IMG/VR virus record: IMGVR_UViG_3300032278_004255
Location: 1 to 51,200 of that record
DNA from: a virus
Taxonomy: Duplodnaviria; Caudoviricetes
Strand: one strand, 5' to 3'
Length of the DNA stretch: 51,200 bases
Shown: piece after piece, positions 8,495 to 17,077 of the stretch
Position numbering within the stretch: the stretch's first letter is position 1
Layout: each line of letters begins with the position of its first letter
Translations under genes and position numbers: made by a program
The notes under the pieces: model-generated
What the model was told of the DNA's origin: nothing
The model's input: only the letters and a program-made list of their open reading frames with translations
The model's database searches: none

Positions 8495-8835
8495 TTGGCC
8501 GCGCTCCCGGGCACGCAGCCCTGCTCGAGGAGGAGGCGGTCCACGTCGTCGAGCTCCGCGGCGTTCGGCACGCGCTGAGCTCGCCGCGACGCCCCGGACT
8601 CGTCGCCCAGCCGGGCGAGGTAGGCCATCAGCGCCGTGCGCTCGACCATGCGGGTCTTGCCGAGCTTCGACACGTGCGGCGCCCCGTCCCGACGCAGCAG
8701 CTCGAGGAACTTCCGCTTGCTGAGCCCGAGCAGGTGGCAGTTGTCCTGCGTGTAGTAGTCCGGGTGCGCCTCGGGCAGGTCCGAGCGCCGGATCTGCACG
8801 CGGGCATCCGCCTCGATGAAGCCGTCCTCAGGCAT
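8491..8835 (-). CDS. Excisionase-like DNA-binding protein paired with second recombinase
   Basis: LLGLSKRKFLELLRRDGAPHVSKLGKTRMVERTALMAYL HTH-wing pattern; GTGA coupling. Confidence 0.6.
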   Translation of the reverse strand: MPEDGFIEADARVQIRRSDLPEAHPDYYTQDNCHLLGLSKRKFLELLRRDGAPHVSKLGKTRMVERTALMAYLARLGDESGASRRAQRVPNAAELDDVDRLLLEQGCVPGSAAK

Positions 8836-9205
8836 CGGTCGGCGTCTCCGGCAGCGATGCGACGAGCCGCTCTCGAGCTTCCCGGTAGCGGAGGGTCGCC
8901 TTGTCCCGCTCCTTCGCGGCTGTCCCGCGCTCGCTCCGCGCGCGCTGCAGGGCGGCCTCGGCCTCCGCCTCGAGCTCGGCGATCCGCGCCGCGAGTCGCT
9001 GGTCGAGCGCCTCGATCTCGGCGTCTCGCTCCGCGCGCGCGGCGTCTCGCGCCACGTCGAGCAGCCTCCCGCGCTCCGCCTCCTCGCGCTCCGCCTCGGC
9101 GAAGCGGCGCGCCGCTGCGTCGATGGCGGAGAGCGCCTCGTTGACCTCGGCGACGCGCGCGGCGCGCCGCTTCGCCTCCCGGGCGATGTCGACCTCGGCG
9201 CCCAT
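8828..9205 (-). CDS. Coiled-coil protein
   Basis: A/E/R-rich heptads. Confidence 0.65.
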   Translation of the reverse strand: MGAEVDIAREAKRRAARVAEVNEALSAIDAAARRFAEAEREEAERGRLLDVARDAARAERDAEIEALDQRLAARIAELEAEAEAALQRARSERGTAAKERDKATLRYREARERLVASLPETPTDA

Positions 9206-9564
9206 CAGCCCAGCGCCTTTCGGAGGGTGCTGCGCAGCTCCTCGAGCTCGGCCTCGAGGCGCATGCGCTCCTCGACCAGTCGCTCGACCTGCGAGGGGAC
9301 GTCAGCGAGCGACTTGGCGCCGATGAGCTCGGCGATGCACTCCAGCGTCGAGGGCTCGCCCTTCCCCTCGTCCTCGTCGGCGACCGCGAGCGGGCAGGGC
9401 GAACCGAGCTGGACGCCCGGGGGTACCTGCCAGACGACGCGCGCGCCGCCCTCCTCGTCCTGCTCGACGTGGAGCGTGAGGCATCGGTTGCGGCCGATCT
9501 CCTTGACGATGGCTTCGGCCTTCCGCTCGCTCTCGCTTCGGTAGATGTCTCGCGCTTCCATCAC
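9205..9564 (-). CDS. Hypothetical protein
   Basis: Coupled ORF with C-terminal coiled coil. Confidence 0.6.
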   Translation of the reverse strand: MMEARDIYRSESERKAEAIVKEIGRNRCLTLHVEQDEEGGARVVWQVPPGVQLGSPCPLAVADEDEGKGEPSTLECIAELIGAKSLADVPSQVERLVEERMRLEAELEELRSTLRKALG

Positions 9565-10244
9565 TTCCGTGCCTCCCGGCCGCCGAGCTGGCGGGCCTCT
9601 TCTTCACGCAGGCGCGCCATCTCGGCGGCCATCTCCCGGTCGACCTCGGCGCGTGCCACCTCCGCGACGCTCATCCGGTGCCGGGCGCCCGTGCGCATCG
9701 CCCGGGCGAGGAGCTCGGTCTCGTCGAGGCGCTCGAGGTCCGAGATTCGCTGGGCGATGCGCGCGCGGCGCGGGCGCTTGGCGACGGCCCCGAACTCCAC
9801 GAGCCGCGCGCGGAAGCCAACGCGCCGCGCGAGCTCCTCCGGAACGGTCCAGAGCCCCTGCCGCCCGCGGCACTCGAGCGGCGGGATCGGGATCACGCGC
9901 TCGAGCACCCAGCCGATGCACCCGGGAATGAACCAGCCGGACTCGCCGGCCGCGCGCGCCGCGGCGTCGTCCAGGTCGCCGGCGAAGTCGAACCCGCCGG
10001 CGCCGCTGACGCGAATCCACCCACGGAGCCGCGCGACCCCGACGATCCCGGTGGGGCTGTCCTCGCTCAGCCGGGGTCGGTCGCCCTCGGGCCAGACCGA
10101 GTCGGCGTCGAAGCGCTGCCCGGCGTGGATGGCGAACATGCAGCCGATGGCGGCGGCGGGCGGGCGCCATGTGCGGTTCTCGACCCGCTTCGTGCTGTGC
10201 ACGATCGCGTCGGACCACGGGCGGTGGAGGGTGAGGGCCTTCAC
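9561..10244 (-). CDS. ASCH domain protein
   Basis: (M)KALTLHRPWSDAIVHSTKRVENRTW...FAIHAG...GIVGVARL...CRGRQGLW. Confidence 0.85.
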   Translation of the reverse strand: MKALTLHRPWSDAIVHSTKRVENRTWRPPAAAIGCMFAIHAGQRFDADSVWPEGDRPRLSEDSPTGIVGVARLRGWIRVSGAGGFDFAGDLDDAAARAAGESGWFIPGCIGWVLERVIPIPPLECRGRQGLWTVPEELARRVGFRARLVEFGAVAKRPRRARIAQRISDLERLDETELLARAMRTGARHRMSVAEVARAEVDREMAAEMARLREEEARQLGGREARK

Positions 10245-11299
10245 GCTCGACCTCCGAACGCGTGCGGGAACTCGCGCACGCGCAGGTCCTCCGGCCACTC
10301 GTCCATTGCGCCGCCCTTGCGGTCGCGAGTGCGCAACGCGACGCGCTCGGGGTCGAGGTCTTCTCCATCCAGGCCCTCGTGTAGATCGAACGGGTCGACT
10401 CCGAGCAGCTTTGCGAGAGAGTCCGAGCTGACGTAGGGCCTCGCCCCGAGCTGCTTCACGAACACCGGCACGCCGGCCTCGCGCGCCTGCTCGATCGCCT
10501 GCCGAGCCCAGGCCAGGTCGAACGGTCGCGCCCCCGGCCCGCTCTCTCCGCCGACCACGATCCAGTCGAGGCCGTGCGGCTTGGGGCCGGAGCCCAGATG
10601 AACGGGGGTCAGCCAGTTGTAGTCGCACCCTGAGCGCCACCGGACAGGCCCCAGCGCCGGTTCGTAGCTCACCCAGCGGACAGCTGCGGGGACGCCGAGC
10701 AGCACGGGGATCCGCTCGTTCGCGGTAGCCTGGTCCTCGACGCTCACGCCGATCCAGACGTTCGGCAGGGGCCAGGCTTCGGCACACCCGAGGTACCTCA
10801 GCGCCAGGCCGAGCCCGCCTGCGCTCACGGTGTCGAGCGCATCCGCGGCGGCTCGACGGCACCTCCGAAGCGCATCCCCCGGCGACAGGTGGCCGCCCTC
10901 GGCCGCCCACGCGAAGAACTCGGCCGCCCGCTCGGGCCGCTTCGTGAGCACCTGGAAGGTGTGCTGCGGCGCCGCCGCCATCACCCCGAAGACGGCCGCG
11001 ATGTACTCGAACGGCACCGACTCGTGGAAGAGGTCGCTCATCGAGTTGACAAACACCATCCGCGGCTTGCGCCACCGCAGCGGGTCCCCGAGGTGCTCCG
11101 GGACCTGGCGCACCGTGCCGTTCCACCGCGCGCGCGGCTTGCCCTCAGCGGTGAGGCGCACGAGGCCCTCGTACGGCTTCCCCGGACCTGCGAAACGCCG
11201 CGCGACCACCTCTGCGTAGCAGTGCCGGCAGCCCTCCGAGACGCGCGAGCAGCCGCGGAGAGGGTTCCACGTGGCGTCCGTCCACTCGATCTTGCTCAC
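10241..11299 (-). CDS. DUF5131 / phage Gp37Gp68 radical-SAM-like protein
   Basis: SKIEWTDATWNPLRGCSRVSEGCRHCYA; FVNSMSDLFH; WIVVGGESGPGARP. Confidence 0.92.
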   Translation of the reverse strand: MSKIEWTDATWNPLRGCSRVSEGCRHCYAEVVARRFAGPGKPYEGLVRLTAEGKPRARWNGTVRQVPEHLGDPLRWRKPRMVFVNSMSDLFHESVPFEYIAAVFGVMAAAPQHTFQVLTKRPERAAEFFAWAAEGGHLSPGDALRRCRRAAADALDTVSAGGLGLALRYLGCAEAWPLPNVWIGVSVEDQATANERIPVLLGVPAAVRWVSYEPALGPVRWRSGCDYNWLTPVHLGSGPKPHGLDWIVVGGESGPGARPFDLAWARQAIEQAREAGVPVFVKQLGARPYVSSDSLAKLLGVDPFDLHEGLDGEDLDPERVALRTRDRKGGAMDEWPEDLRVREFPHAFGGRA

Positions 11300-11853
11300 C
11301 TCGACCTCCGCTCCGGACGAGGGCGTCCGGCGTCGCGGCGCGCGGCCGCGAAGATTTCGCGGTGCAGCCGGAGGCGGCGCCGCTCGTTGCTGGGTGTCCG
11401 CGGGTCCTCGAGGCGGGCGTCGATGGCGCGCACCACGATCGCCCGGCCGCGCCGGACCCACTGGTAGAGGGCGTCGAGGCTGGGGGCTTCGAGCCCGTAC
11501 TCGTCGGCGAGCTGCGCCTCGATCTCGGCCGAGGGCAGCCGGAGGATGCGGCGCTTCATCGCCGCTCGAGCTCGGCGGCGCGCGGCGAGCCGGCGGCCGG
11601 CGTCGCGGCGCGAGTAGAGCAAGAAGACGAGCTGGTCGAGCCAGAGCATCTCCGGGTCCGCGCCGGCCCGGGTCCGGGAGATGTCGCGGAGGAACGCGCG
11701 CGCCTCCTTCGACTCGGGCAGGGGCGTCGAGATCCGCGCGCGGCGGACCGGGGCGCTCGAGGAGTCCCCCGCGTCCCCGCGTGGGGGGGAGCACGACGGG
11801 GGCGCAGAGGACTCCTCCAGCGCCGCGGCGGCGGCGTGGTCGTGACGGCTCAC
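11296..11853 (-). CDS. Hypothetical HTH-type regulator
   Basis: LPSAEIEAQLADEYGLEAPSLDALYQWVRRGR; GTGA coupling. Confidence 0.55.
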   Translation of the reverse strand: MSRHDHAAAAALEESSAPPSCSPPRGDAGDSSSAPVRRARISTPLPESKEARAFLRDISRTRAGADPEMLWLDQLVFLLYSRRDAGRRLAARRRARAAMKRRILRLPSAEIEAQLADEYGLEAPSLDALYQWVRRGRAIVVRAIDARLEDPRTPSNERRRLRLHREIFAAARRDAGRPRPERRSR

Positions 11854-12395
11854 CGGGACACCTCGCGGGCGCCGCCGGTGCGGAACCACTCGACCAAGAG
11901 CTCGACCTGGCGATCCGAGAAGAAGGCGCGGGTCTGCCCGGCCGTGATCCCGGGCAGGTGCCCGTGGTCGTGGAAGTGGCCGTGGTGCTCGCGGCAGAGC
12001 GGGACGGTCCGGTAGTCGTGGACTTTCTGCGAGACGCCGCGCCGGGGAGCCCAGTGGTGCGCCTCGATCCCGGATCGCCTGCCGCAGTGGCAGCACGGGA
12101 GGCTGGCGACCCAGCGGAGGTAGGCCGCGTCGCGGGCGGGGCCCTTGGGCCGGGGCTGCGGGCGGAGCTCCGGCCTCGCGAGCTCGGGCGGCGACGGGAG
12201 GGCGCCCGGCGACGACGCGCGCCGCTCGAGCGGCGAGACGCTGTCGAGGGCCACGCGGCGGGGCTTCGCCTTGCCGTCCGGCACGACGTAGGCCTCCCCC
12301 GCGCCCGCGGTGACCTGCGTGACCCGGCCCTGGTAGAGCCGGCGCCCGCCCATGCCGCGCACCTGGACGCGGTCCCCCTCGCGCAGCTCCTTCAC
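11850..12395 (-). CDS. DUF968-like HNH/Zn nuclease with N-terminal SH3/KOW-like domain
   Basis: YLRWVASLPCCHCG...EAHH...DYRTVPLCREHHGHFH; N-terminus LREGDRVQVRG. Confidence 0.8.
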   Translation of the reverse strand: MKELREGDRVQVRGMGGRRLYQGRVTQVTAGAGEAYVVPDGKAKPRRVALDSVSPLERRASSPGALPSPPELARPELRPQPRPKGPARDAAYLRWVASLPCCHCGRRSGIEAHHWAPRRGVSQKVHDYRTVPLCREHHGHFHDHGHLPGITAGQTRAFFSDRQVELLVEWFRTGGAREVSR

Positions 12396-12730
12396 GCCGC
12401 ACCTCGCGCGCCGGTGATCGCCCTGACGACGAGCCGGCCGACTCGCGTCTCCGGAATCCAGTCGATCACACAGGCGGTCGAGAGGCCCAGCTCGGCAAGG
12501 CGCGACAGCGTGCGGCGAACGTAACGCTCCGCGCCGGCCGCGGTGGATTCCCGGGCGCAACAGAGCGGGCGGTGGTTCACTCCCACGCAGCCCAGCTCGC
12601 TGCGGTAGCGCTCGGGGACGGCGCCGTGGTCCCAGGCGATGGCCCAGCCCGCCACGTCCTCGCGAATCGACACGCGCACGGGGGTGATCACCGGCTTGAG
12701 TGCCGCGGTGCGGTAGGTGCACCCGCTCAC
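12392..12730 (-). CDS. Hypothetical protein
   Basis: GTGA-coupled at both ends. Confidence 0.55.
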   Translation of the reverse strand: MSGCTYRTAALKPVITPVRVSIREDVAGWAIAWDHGAVPERYRSELGCVGVNHRPLCCARESTAAGAERYVRRTLSRLAELGLSTACVIDWIPETRVGRLVVRAITGARGAA

Positions 12731-12915
12731 GCCGCGTCCCTCCGGACGATGCGGAGCCGGCGAGCGGCGCGGGCGGACCGCTGGCGGACGCGCAGGGCGC
12801 AGAAGCAGCAGACGAACGCCCACGGACCACCGGGCCAGAGGGGGCGGTCCTCGACGGCGGGGCGCTGGACGCCCCGGTGAGCGCAGGGCTCGCAGAGCTG
12901 GTCCGCGCCGATCAC
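12727..12915 (-). CDS. Small Cys-rich protein
   Basis: CEPC...CCFC, 62 aa, GTGA-coupled. Confidence 0.5.
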   Translation of the reverse strand: MIGADQLCEPCAHRGVQRPAVEDRPLWPGGPWAFVCCFCALRVRQRSARAARRLRIVRRDAA

Positions 12916-13298
12916 CCGCACACCTCGGGCTGCTCGTAGACGACGGTCGCGCGGGCGAGGAGCCACTCCAGGCCGGCGCACCAGTCGACCCCGGCCCAGC
13001 GCTTCCGGGTCGTGTCGGTCCAGGTCCAGGGCCGCTCGCCGCCGCTGATCACCACCACGGGGAGGCGGCGCTCGGCAGCCCACGCCACCACGGTGCTCCC
13101 GCACCCGGGGCGGAGGTTCCAGTCGGTGATGACCGCGTCGAAGGCTCGGTGCTCCACGGAGGGCAGGAGAGCGAGCCTGGTCAGCGTCTCCACCTCTACG
13201 GCGTACCCGCGCCCACTCGCGGCACGGTGGAGGGCCTTGCGGACGGCGGAGGCCTTCAAGAACTCGTCCTCGACGTGAAGGATGCGGAGGGTGATCAC
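12912..13298 (-). CDS. Stand-alone response-regulator receiver (CheY-like) protein
   Basis: RILHVEDE, FDAVITDWNL (phosphoacceptor Asp), LPVVVISG. Confidence 0.8.
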   Translation of the reverse strand: MITLRILHVEDEFLKASAVRKALHRAASGRGYAVEVETLTRLALLPSVEHRAFDAVITDWNLRPGCGSTVVAWAAERRLPVVVISGGERPWTWTDTTRKRWAGVDWCAGLEWLLARATVVYEQPEVCG

Positions 13299-13897
13299 GC
13301 GCCCGCCTCCCGGTTGAGGCGCGAGACGATGGCGCTCGCGGTCGCGGCGTCGCAGTCCAGCGCGCCCACGCGCCGTCCATCGGCGAGCAGCTCCACGTCG
13401 CCGCCGCTGACCGGCTGCAGGCTGTAGAGCGGCGCCGACTGGTCGGTGGGGTCCTCGTCGCACCCCTGGCAGATGGTGACGCCCTCGTCGTCGCTCCACG
13501 CCTCCTGGCCGGGAGCGATCCAGCCCTCGCACCCCTCGCACCGGAGCGCGCCGGCCTCGCGGGCGTGGTCGGGGCACAGCGGCTCGTCCTCGACCTCGAC
13601 GACCGCGGCGATCAGGATGCGCCCGTCGTCGTCGTCGCAGGCCGCGCAGCGCTGGACGGTGTCGGCGTCGGGTCGGGCCCGGCACCGATCCCGAATCTCG
13701 GCCTCGACGACGAGCGGCGCCCCTATCTCGGCCGCGAGCCGGACCGCACCGATGTAGCCCTCCTCGTCGATCGGACCGGTGTGGCGGAAGAAGATCCCGT
13801 CGCTCGTCTCGAGAGCGAAGACGGCGTCCTCGCAGCTCTCCGCCGCGTACTCGCGCGCGTACCAGACGCGCGCGACTCGAAGAGACCCGCTCACCAT
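13295..13897 (-). CDS. Zn-finger-like hypothetical protein
   Basis: CAAC, CPDH, CEGC, CQGC. Confidence 0.7.
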   Translation of the reverse strand: MVSGSLRVARVWYAREYAAESCEDAVFALETSDGIFFRHTGPIDEEGYIGAVRLAAEIGAPLVVEAEIRDRCRARPDADTVQRCAACDDDDGRILIAAVVEVEDEPLCPDHAREAGALRCEGCEGWIAPGQEAWSDDEGVTICQGCDEDPTDQSAPLYSLQPVSGGDVELLADGRRVGALDCDAATASAIVSRLNREAGA

Positions 13898-14376
13898 CAC
13901 GCGACCTCGGCGAGGCGCTCGGCCTCGATCAGGAGCTCGGTGACCCGGCGGGCCGCGAAGTCCGCGTGGTAGCAGTAGGCGCGCTCGGCGCCCGACTCGT
14001 CCCAAGCGCGGAAGTAGCCGCGCTCCGGGCCGTGCTGGATGGTCCAGCCCTCGTGCTCGAGCTCGGCGTCCCGCGGGAGGTCGTGGAGCCGGGCGGCGAG
14101 GGGACCGCTCAGCTCGCGCATGAGCTCGTCGTCGTACTCGACGCGGACGTAGGTGTTGCCGCCGAGGAGGATCTCGCCGGTCATCTCGTCGCGCGAGAAC
14201 TGCTCGAACTGCCGAGCCACGGTCTCGACCTCGCTCTTGCGCACGTCGGCGCGACGGATCGTGACGTAGAGCGACGAGTCCGTGGTGCACCGGTCGGAGC
14301 GGACCGAGACGGCGCGGGCGTTCCACCCGCGGGCCTTGAGCTCGGCGCGGAGGCGCTGGGCGCGAGCGGCGCTCAT
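13897..14376 (-). CDS. Early phage protein, LPD29-like
   Basis: LRAELKARG...VSVRS...RDEMTGEILLGGNTYVRVEY resembles the LPD29-like family (from recall). Confidence 0.55.
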   Translation of the reverse strand: MSAARAQRLRAELKARGWNARAVSVRSDRCTTDSSLYVTIRRADVRKSEVETVARQFEQFSRDEMTGEILLGGNTYVRVEYDDELMRELSGPLAARLHDLPRDAELEHEGWTIQHGPERGYFRAWDESGAERAYCYHADFAARRVTELLIEAERLAEVA

Positions 14377-14735
14377 CAGGCGACCTCGCAGAAGAGGGTG
14401 CCGACGATGAGGTGCTCACCGCTCTCGTCGAGGAGGTCGCCCTCGAGCTCGTCGGGGAGGCCGCTGTCGAGCGTGACGTCGCCCGTGGGGAAGACGCCCC
14501 CGTGCTCGCGCCGCATGTGGCGGAGTCGGGTGACCTCCCCCGAGTCCTGCAGGGCGGTGAGCTGCTCGCCCCGGTCGATGACCAGAGCCACGTCGGCGCC
14601 GGCGTCGGTGAGCTCGCCGCGGATGCGGCACGCGACCAGGCCGCGGCACACCTGCACTTCGACCTCCACGCCACCTACGACCACCAGCCCGGTCGCGTTT
14701 CGTTCCGTTCCGTCGTGTCCCTGCTCGCTTCGCAT
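14376..14735 (-). CDS. Hypothetical protein, first gene of leftward operon
   Basis: GGAGG RBS upstream; follows leftward promoter. Confidence 0.65.
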   Translation of the reverse strand: MRSEQGHDGTERNATGLVVVGGVEVEVQVCRGLVACRIRGELTDAGADVALVIDRGEQLTALQDSGEVTRLRHMRREHGGVFPTGDVTLDSGLPDELEGDLLDESGEHLIVGTLFCEVA

Positions 14736-14752
14736 CGTCGTGACCTCCGTTG

Positions 14753-14800
14753 CGTACAGATGTACGCGCAGCCGCGAGCGATGTCAAATACAAAAGTACG
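14753..14800 (-). promoter_or_regulatory. Leftward early promoter with two operators
   Basis: Minus-strand TTGACA (14787-14782)-17 bp-TACATC; operators CGTACAGATGTACG (14753-14766) and AATACAAAAGTACG (14787-14800). Confidence 0.75.
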
Positions 14801-14812
14801 CGTTCGAGAGAA

Positions 14813-15484
14813 TCAAGAGCAGTCCGCGAAGACGTCGATGCTCGCCAGGGAGATGACGCGGGCGAACCCCGGCTCGAAGACGGGCCACGCGCGCACCCCG
14901 CCGCACGACTCCGCGGGGGCGCGCGTCTCGATCGCCGCGTCGATCGCGTCGAGCTCGTCACGGGTCGGGCGGCGGTGGGGCCAGCGCTGCCCGGGAGTCA
15001 CGATGGAGTAGGGCCGGCGCGAACCGCTGGGGGTCTCGCAGTCCCACACCCAGGCGACGCCAGGCATGATGCTGACGAGGCGTCGGACGAGGGCCTCATG
15101 AGAGGCCCAAGGGTGCAAGGCCTTCAGCGCGAAGAGGCAGCCTCCCGTTCGGCGCATGTCCCGCGTGAAGTCGATCCGTGGGAGAAGCAGGCACGAAGCG
15201 ATCCCGTCACACACGCGTTCTGTCTGCGAAGCGTGGGGAATCCCCTCCAGGTCGCACAGGTAGTGTGCGCACTCATGAGCGACGGTGAAGCCCTGGCGCT
15301 CGAGGCGGTCGCGAGGGTTCACGAAGATCCGGTCGCCGATGAGGCAGCCTGCCTTGAGCGAGGCGGGACCGGTGCGGACCTCGAGGCTCAGCGCCCACGC
15401 GAGCATCCAGGGGTCGACGGGGACTGGTATTCCGCAGGAATCTAGGAGTTCGTTGGCCAGTCCTTCGCAGTCTTCCCAGTCCAC
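14813..15484 (-). CDS. ImmA/IrrE-family Zn metallopeptidase (antirepressor protease); start uncertain
   Basis: VPVDP...RQGFTVAHECAH...ERVCDGIASCLLLP; directly downstream of XRE repressor. Confidence 0.88.
   Translation of the reverse strand: MDWEDCEGLANELLDSCGIPVPVDPWMLAWALSLEVRTGPASLKAGCLIGDRIFVNPRDRLERQGFTVAHECAHYLCDLEGIPHASQTERVCDGIASCLLLPRIDFTRDMRRTGGCLFALKALHPWASHEALVRRLVSIMPGVAWVWDCETPSGSRRPYSIVTPGQRWPHRRPTRDELDAIDAAIETRAPAESCGGVRAWPVFEPGFARVISLASIDVFADCS
14910..14957. repeat. 48-bp inverted repeat, right copy (inside ImmA gene)
   Basis: 45/48 identity to reverse complement of 5413-5460. Confidence 0.9.
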
Positions 15485-15530
15485 GAGGACCCGGACGGAA
15501 GGCGCCTGGCTGAACTGACGCTCCTTGCGA

Positions 15531-16046
15531 TCATTCTGAACGTTCTTTGCGGAATCGGCGCACGCCCTGCGAGGCGGCCTCGTCCGAGACGTCGCGCACG
15601 ACCTGGCCGCCGTCGTCCAGGAGGCGCCGAGCGATGTCGAAGTACACGCCCGGCTCACTCGGAGGGCCGCCCCGGAACTTGAGGTTCGCGAGCTGCTCGA
15701 TCTGAGCCTCGGTGAGCTCATCGAAACGGGCGAAGTCGCGCTGGAACGCCTCGAAGGCCGCCGGCCTGGTCTTCGCCCGGCCGCGGACGTGGTTGGTGTA
15801 GTGCGGCTCTCCGAGGCTCTCGTCGTGGAAGAACCTGGCCTCGAGGTGCATGCGGTCCCGAACCTTCTTCAGCGTCGCCGCGCTCACCCCGGTTCGTGAG
15901 CCGTCGACGTACTTCCGCACCGATGACAACGACAGCCCCGTGCGCTCGGCGACTCGTCCGGGCCATCCGCGTGCCCGATCGCACTCGTCCGCAAGCTGCT
16001 CGATGAGGAGGAGAAGTCGTCTGACTTCGATGGGTTGCGCCGCCAT
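15531..16046 (-). CDS. XRE-family immunity repressor
   Basis: RVAERTGLSLSSVRKYVDG HTH; divergent from Cro; no S24 peptidase domain, consistent with ImmA cleavage. Confidence 0.8.
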   Translation of the reverse strand: MAAQPIEVRRLLLLIEQLADECDRARGWPGRVAERTGLSLSSVRKYVDGSRTGVSAATLKKVRDRMHLEARFFHDESLGEPHYTNHVRGRAKTRPAAFEAFQRDFARFDELTEAQIEQLANLKFRGGPPSEPGVYFDIARRLLDDGGQVVRDVSDEAASQGVRRFRKERSE

Positions 16047-16131
16047 ACGGACAAATGTGTCACGTAGAACGCGTACATTGGTACGGATTCCCTTTGCGTC
16101 TGAAACGTCGTTCGCGTACATCTGTGTCACC
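16047..16131. promoter_or_regulatory. Repressor/Cro switch with three operators and rightward promoter
   Basis: CGGACAAATGTGTC (16048-61), CGTACATTGGTACG (16072-85), CGTACATCTGTGTC (16115-28); TTGCGT(16094-99)-17 bp-TACATC(16117-22). Confidence 0.75.
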
Positions 16132-16404
16132 ATGTCTGCGACGCCCCCCACCGCGGTCGAGCGCTTCAATGCGTGGCTCTCCGACAAGGAGATGTCCTCG
16201 GCAAAGGCTGCGGAGCTCCTCGGATGCTCCGTGTCCATGGTGCAAAAGGTCCGGCAAGGGGACCGTGTGCCTGGTCTCGCGCTGGCGCTTGCGATCAAGC
16301 GCGAGTCGAGCGCCTGGAGCCCAGGACCGATTCAGCCTTCGGAGTGGGTGCTCCCGGCGAAGTCGGCGGCTCTCGCCCCGACCGGCTCGGATTCACCCCG
16401 ATGA
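16132..16404 (+). CDS. Cro-like HTH protein
   Basis: MSSAKAAELLGCSVSMVQKVRQGDRVPGLALALAI...IQPSEW. Confidence 0.85.
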   Translation: MSATPPTAVERFNAWLSDKEMSSAKAAELLGCSVSMVQKVRQGDRVPGLALALAIKRESSAWSPGPIQPSEWVLPAKSAALAPTGSDSPR

Positions 16405-16481
16405 CCAGCACGGTAACCAGCCGCCCCGGCGGCGAAACTGATCCGCCGTTCAGCACTCTGCACACCGCTTCTGGCGTGCCG

Positions 16482-17027
16482 CTACTGTCGGAGCGCGTCT
16501 CGCACGAGGGTGCTGTTGGGCGGCTGCGCCCACCACAGTCCGGAGCACGCGCGTCGCGCTTCGGACTCCAGCACGGCGGCGGCGTCGAGATGGGTGACCT
16601 CGAGTCGCCGCTCGACCACGGTCCCGTCGTCGAGCACGTGCTCCTCGTTCGTGACGCACTGAGCGAGCGCGCGAGCGCCGAAGCGATCGTCGCAGGCCTC
16701 ATCGATCGCCGTCGTTCCCTCGAGAGGCTCGAGACTCGGTGCCTGCCAGTCGCCGGCGAGAGTCGCGGGCGGCAGGAAGGTCGCCTCGATGGCGATGCAC
16801 TCGACCACGCGGCCGGCGCGGCTGCGCGTGACGTGCAGCGCACGTGTGACCTCCTGGGGGCCGTCGGGCGCCAGCGCCGCCGTCGGTCCACCCCCGACCT
16901 CGACCTGAGGCTGCTCGGCATGCGGCGGCGCCGGCGTGGCCCGTGGTGGCGGCGGCCAGTCCCCGCCACAGGCGAGGGTCAGCGCCAGGAGAAGTGCCGC
17001 GGACAGGGTGAGTCGAGTTGCGCGCAT
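16482..17027 (-). CDS. Lipoprotein (moron-like; possible superinfection exclusion)
   Basis: MRATRLTLSAALLLALTLA|C lipobox; opposite strand to neighbours. Confidence 0.7.
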   Translation of the reverse strand: MRATRLTLSAALLLALTLACGGDWPPPPRATPAPPHAEQPQVEVGGGPTAALAPDGPQEVTRALHVTRSRAGRVVECIAIEATFLPPATLAGDWQAPSLEPLEGTTAIDEACDDRFGARALAQCVTNEEHVLDDGTVVERRLEVTHLDAAAVLESEARRACSGLWWAQPPNSTLVRDALRQ

Positions 17028-17077
17028 CTGTCGATTCTACACGCGATCGGCGCGGGGCGGACCGGGAGGGCCAACTG

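Noticed and set aside
17041-17055. 15-bp exact match (ACGCGATCGGCGCGG) to 5421-5435 within the inverted repeat
   Set aside because: Matches of this length are expected by chance at this GC content; no extension
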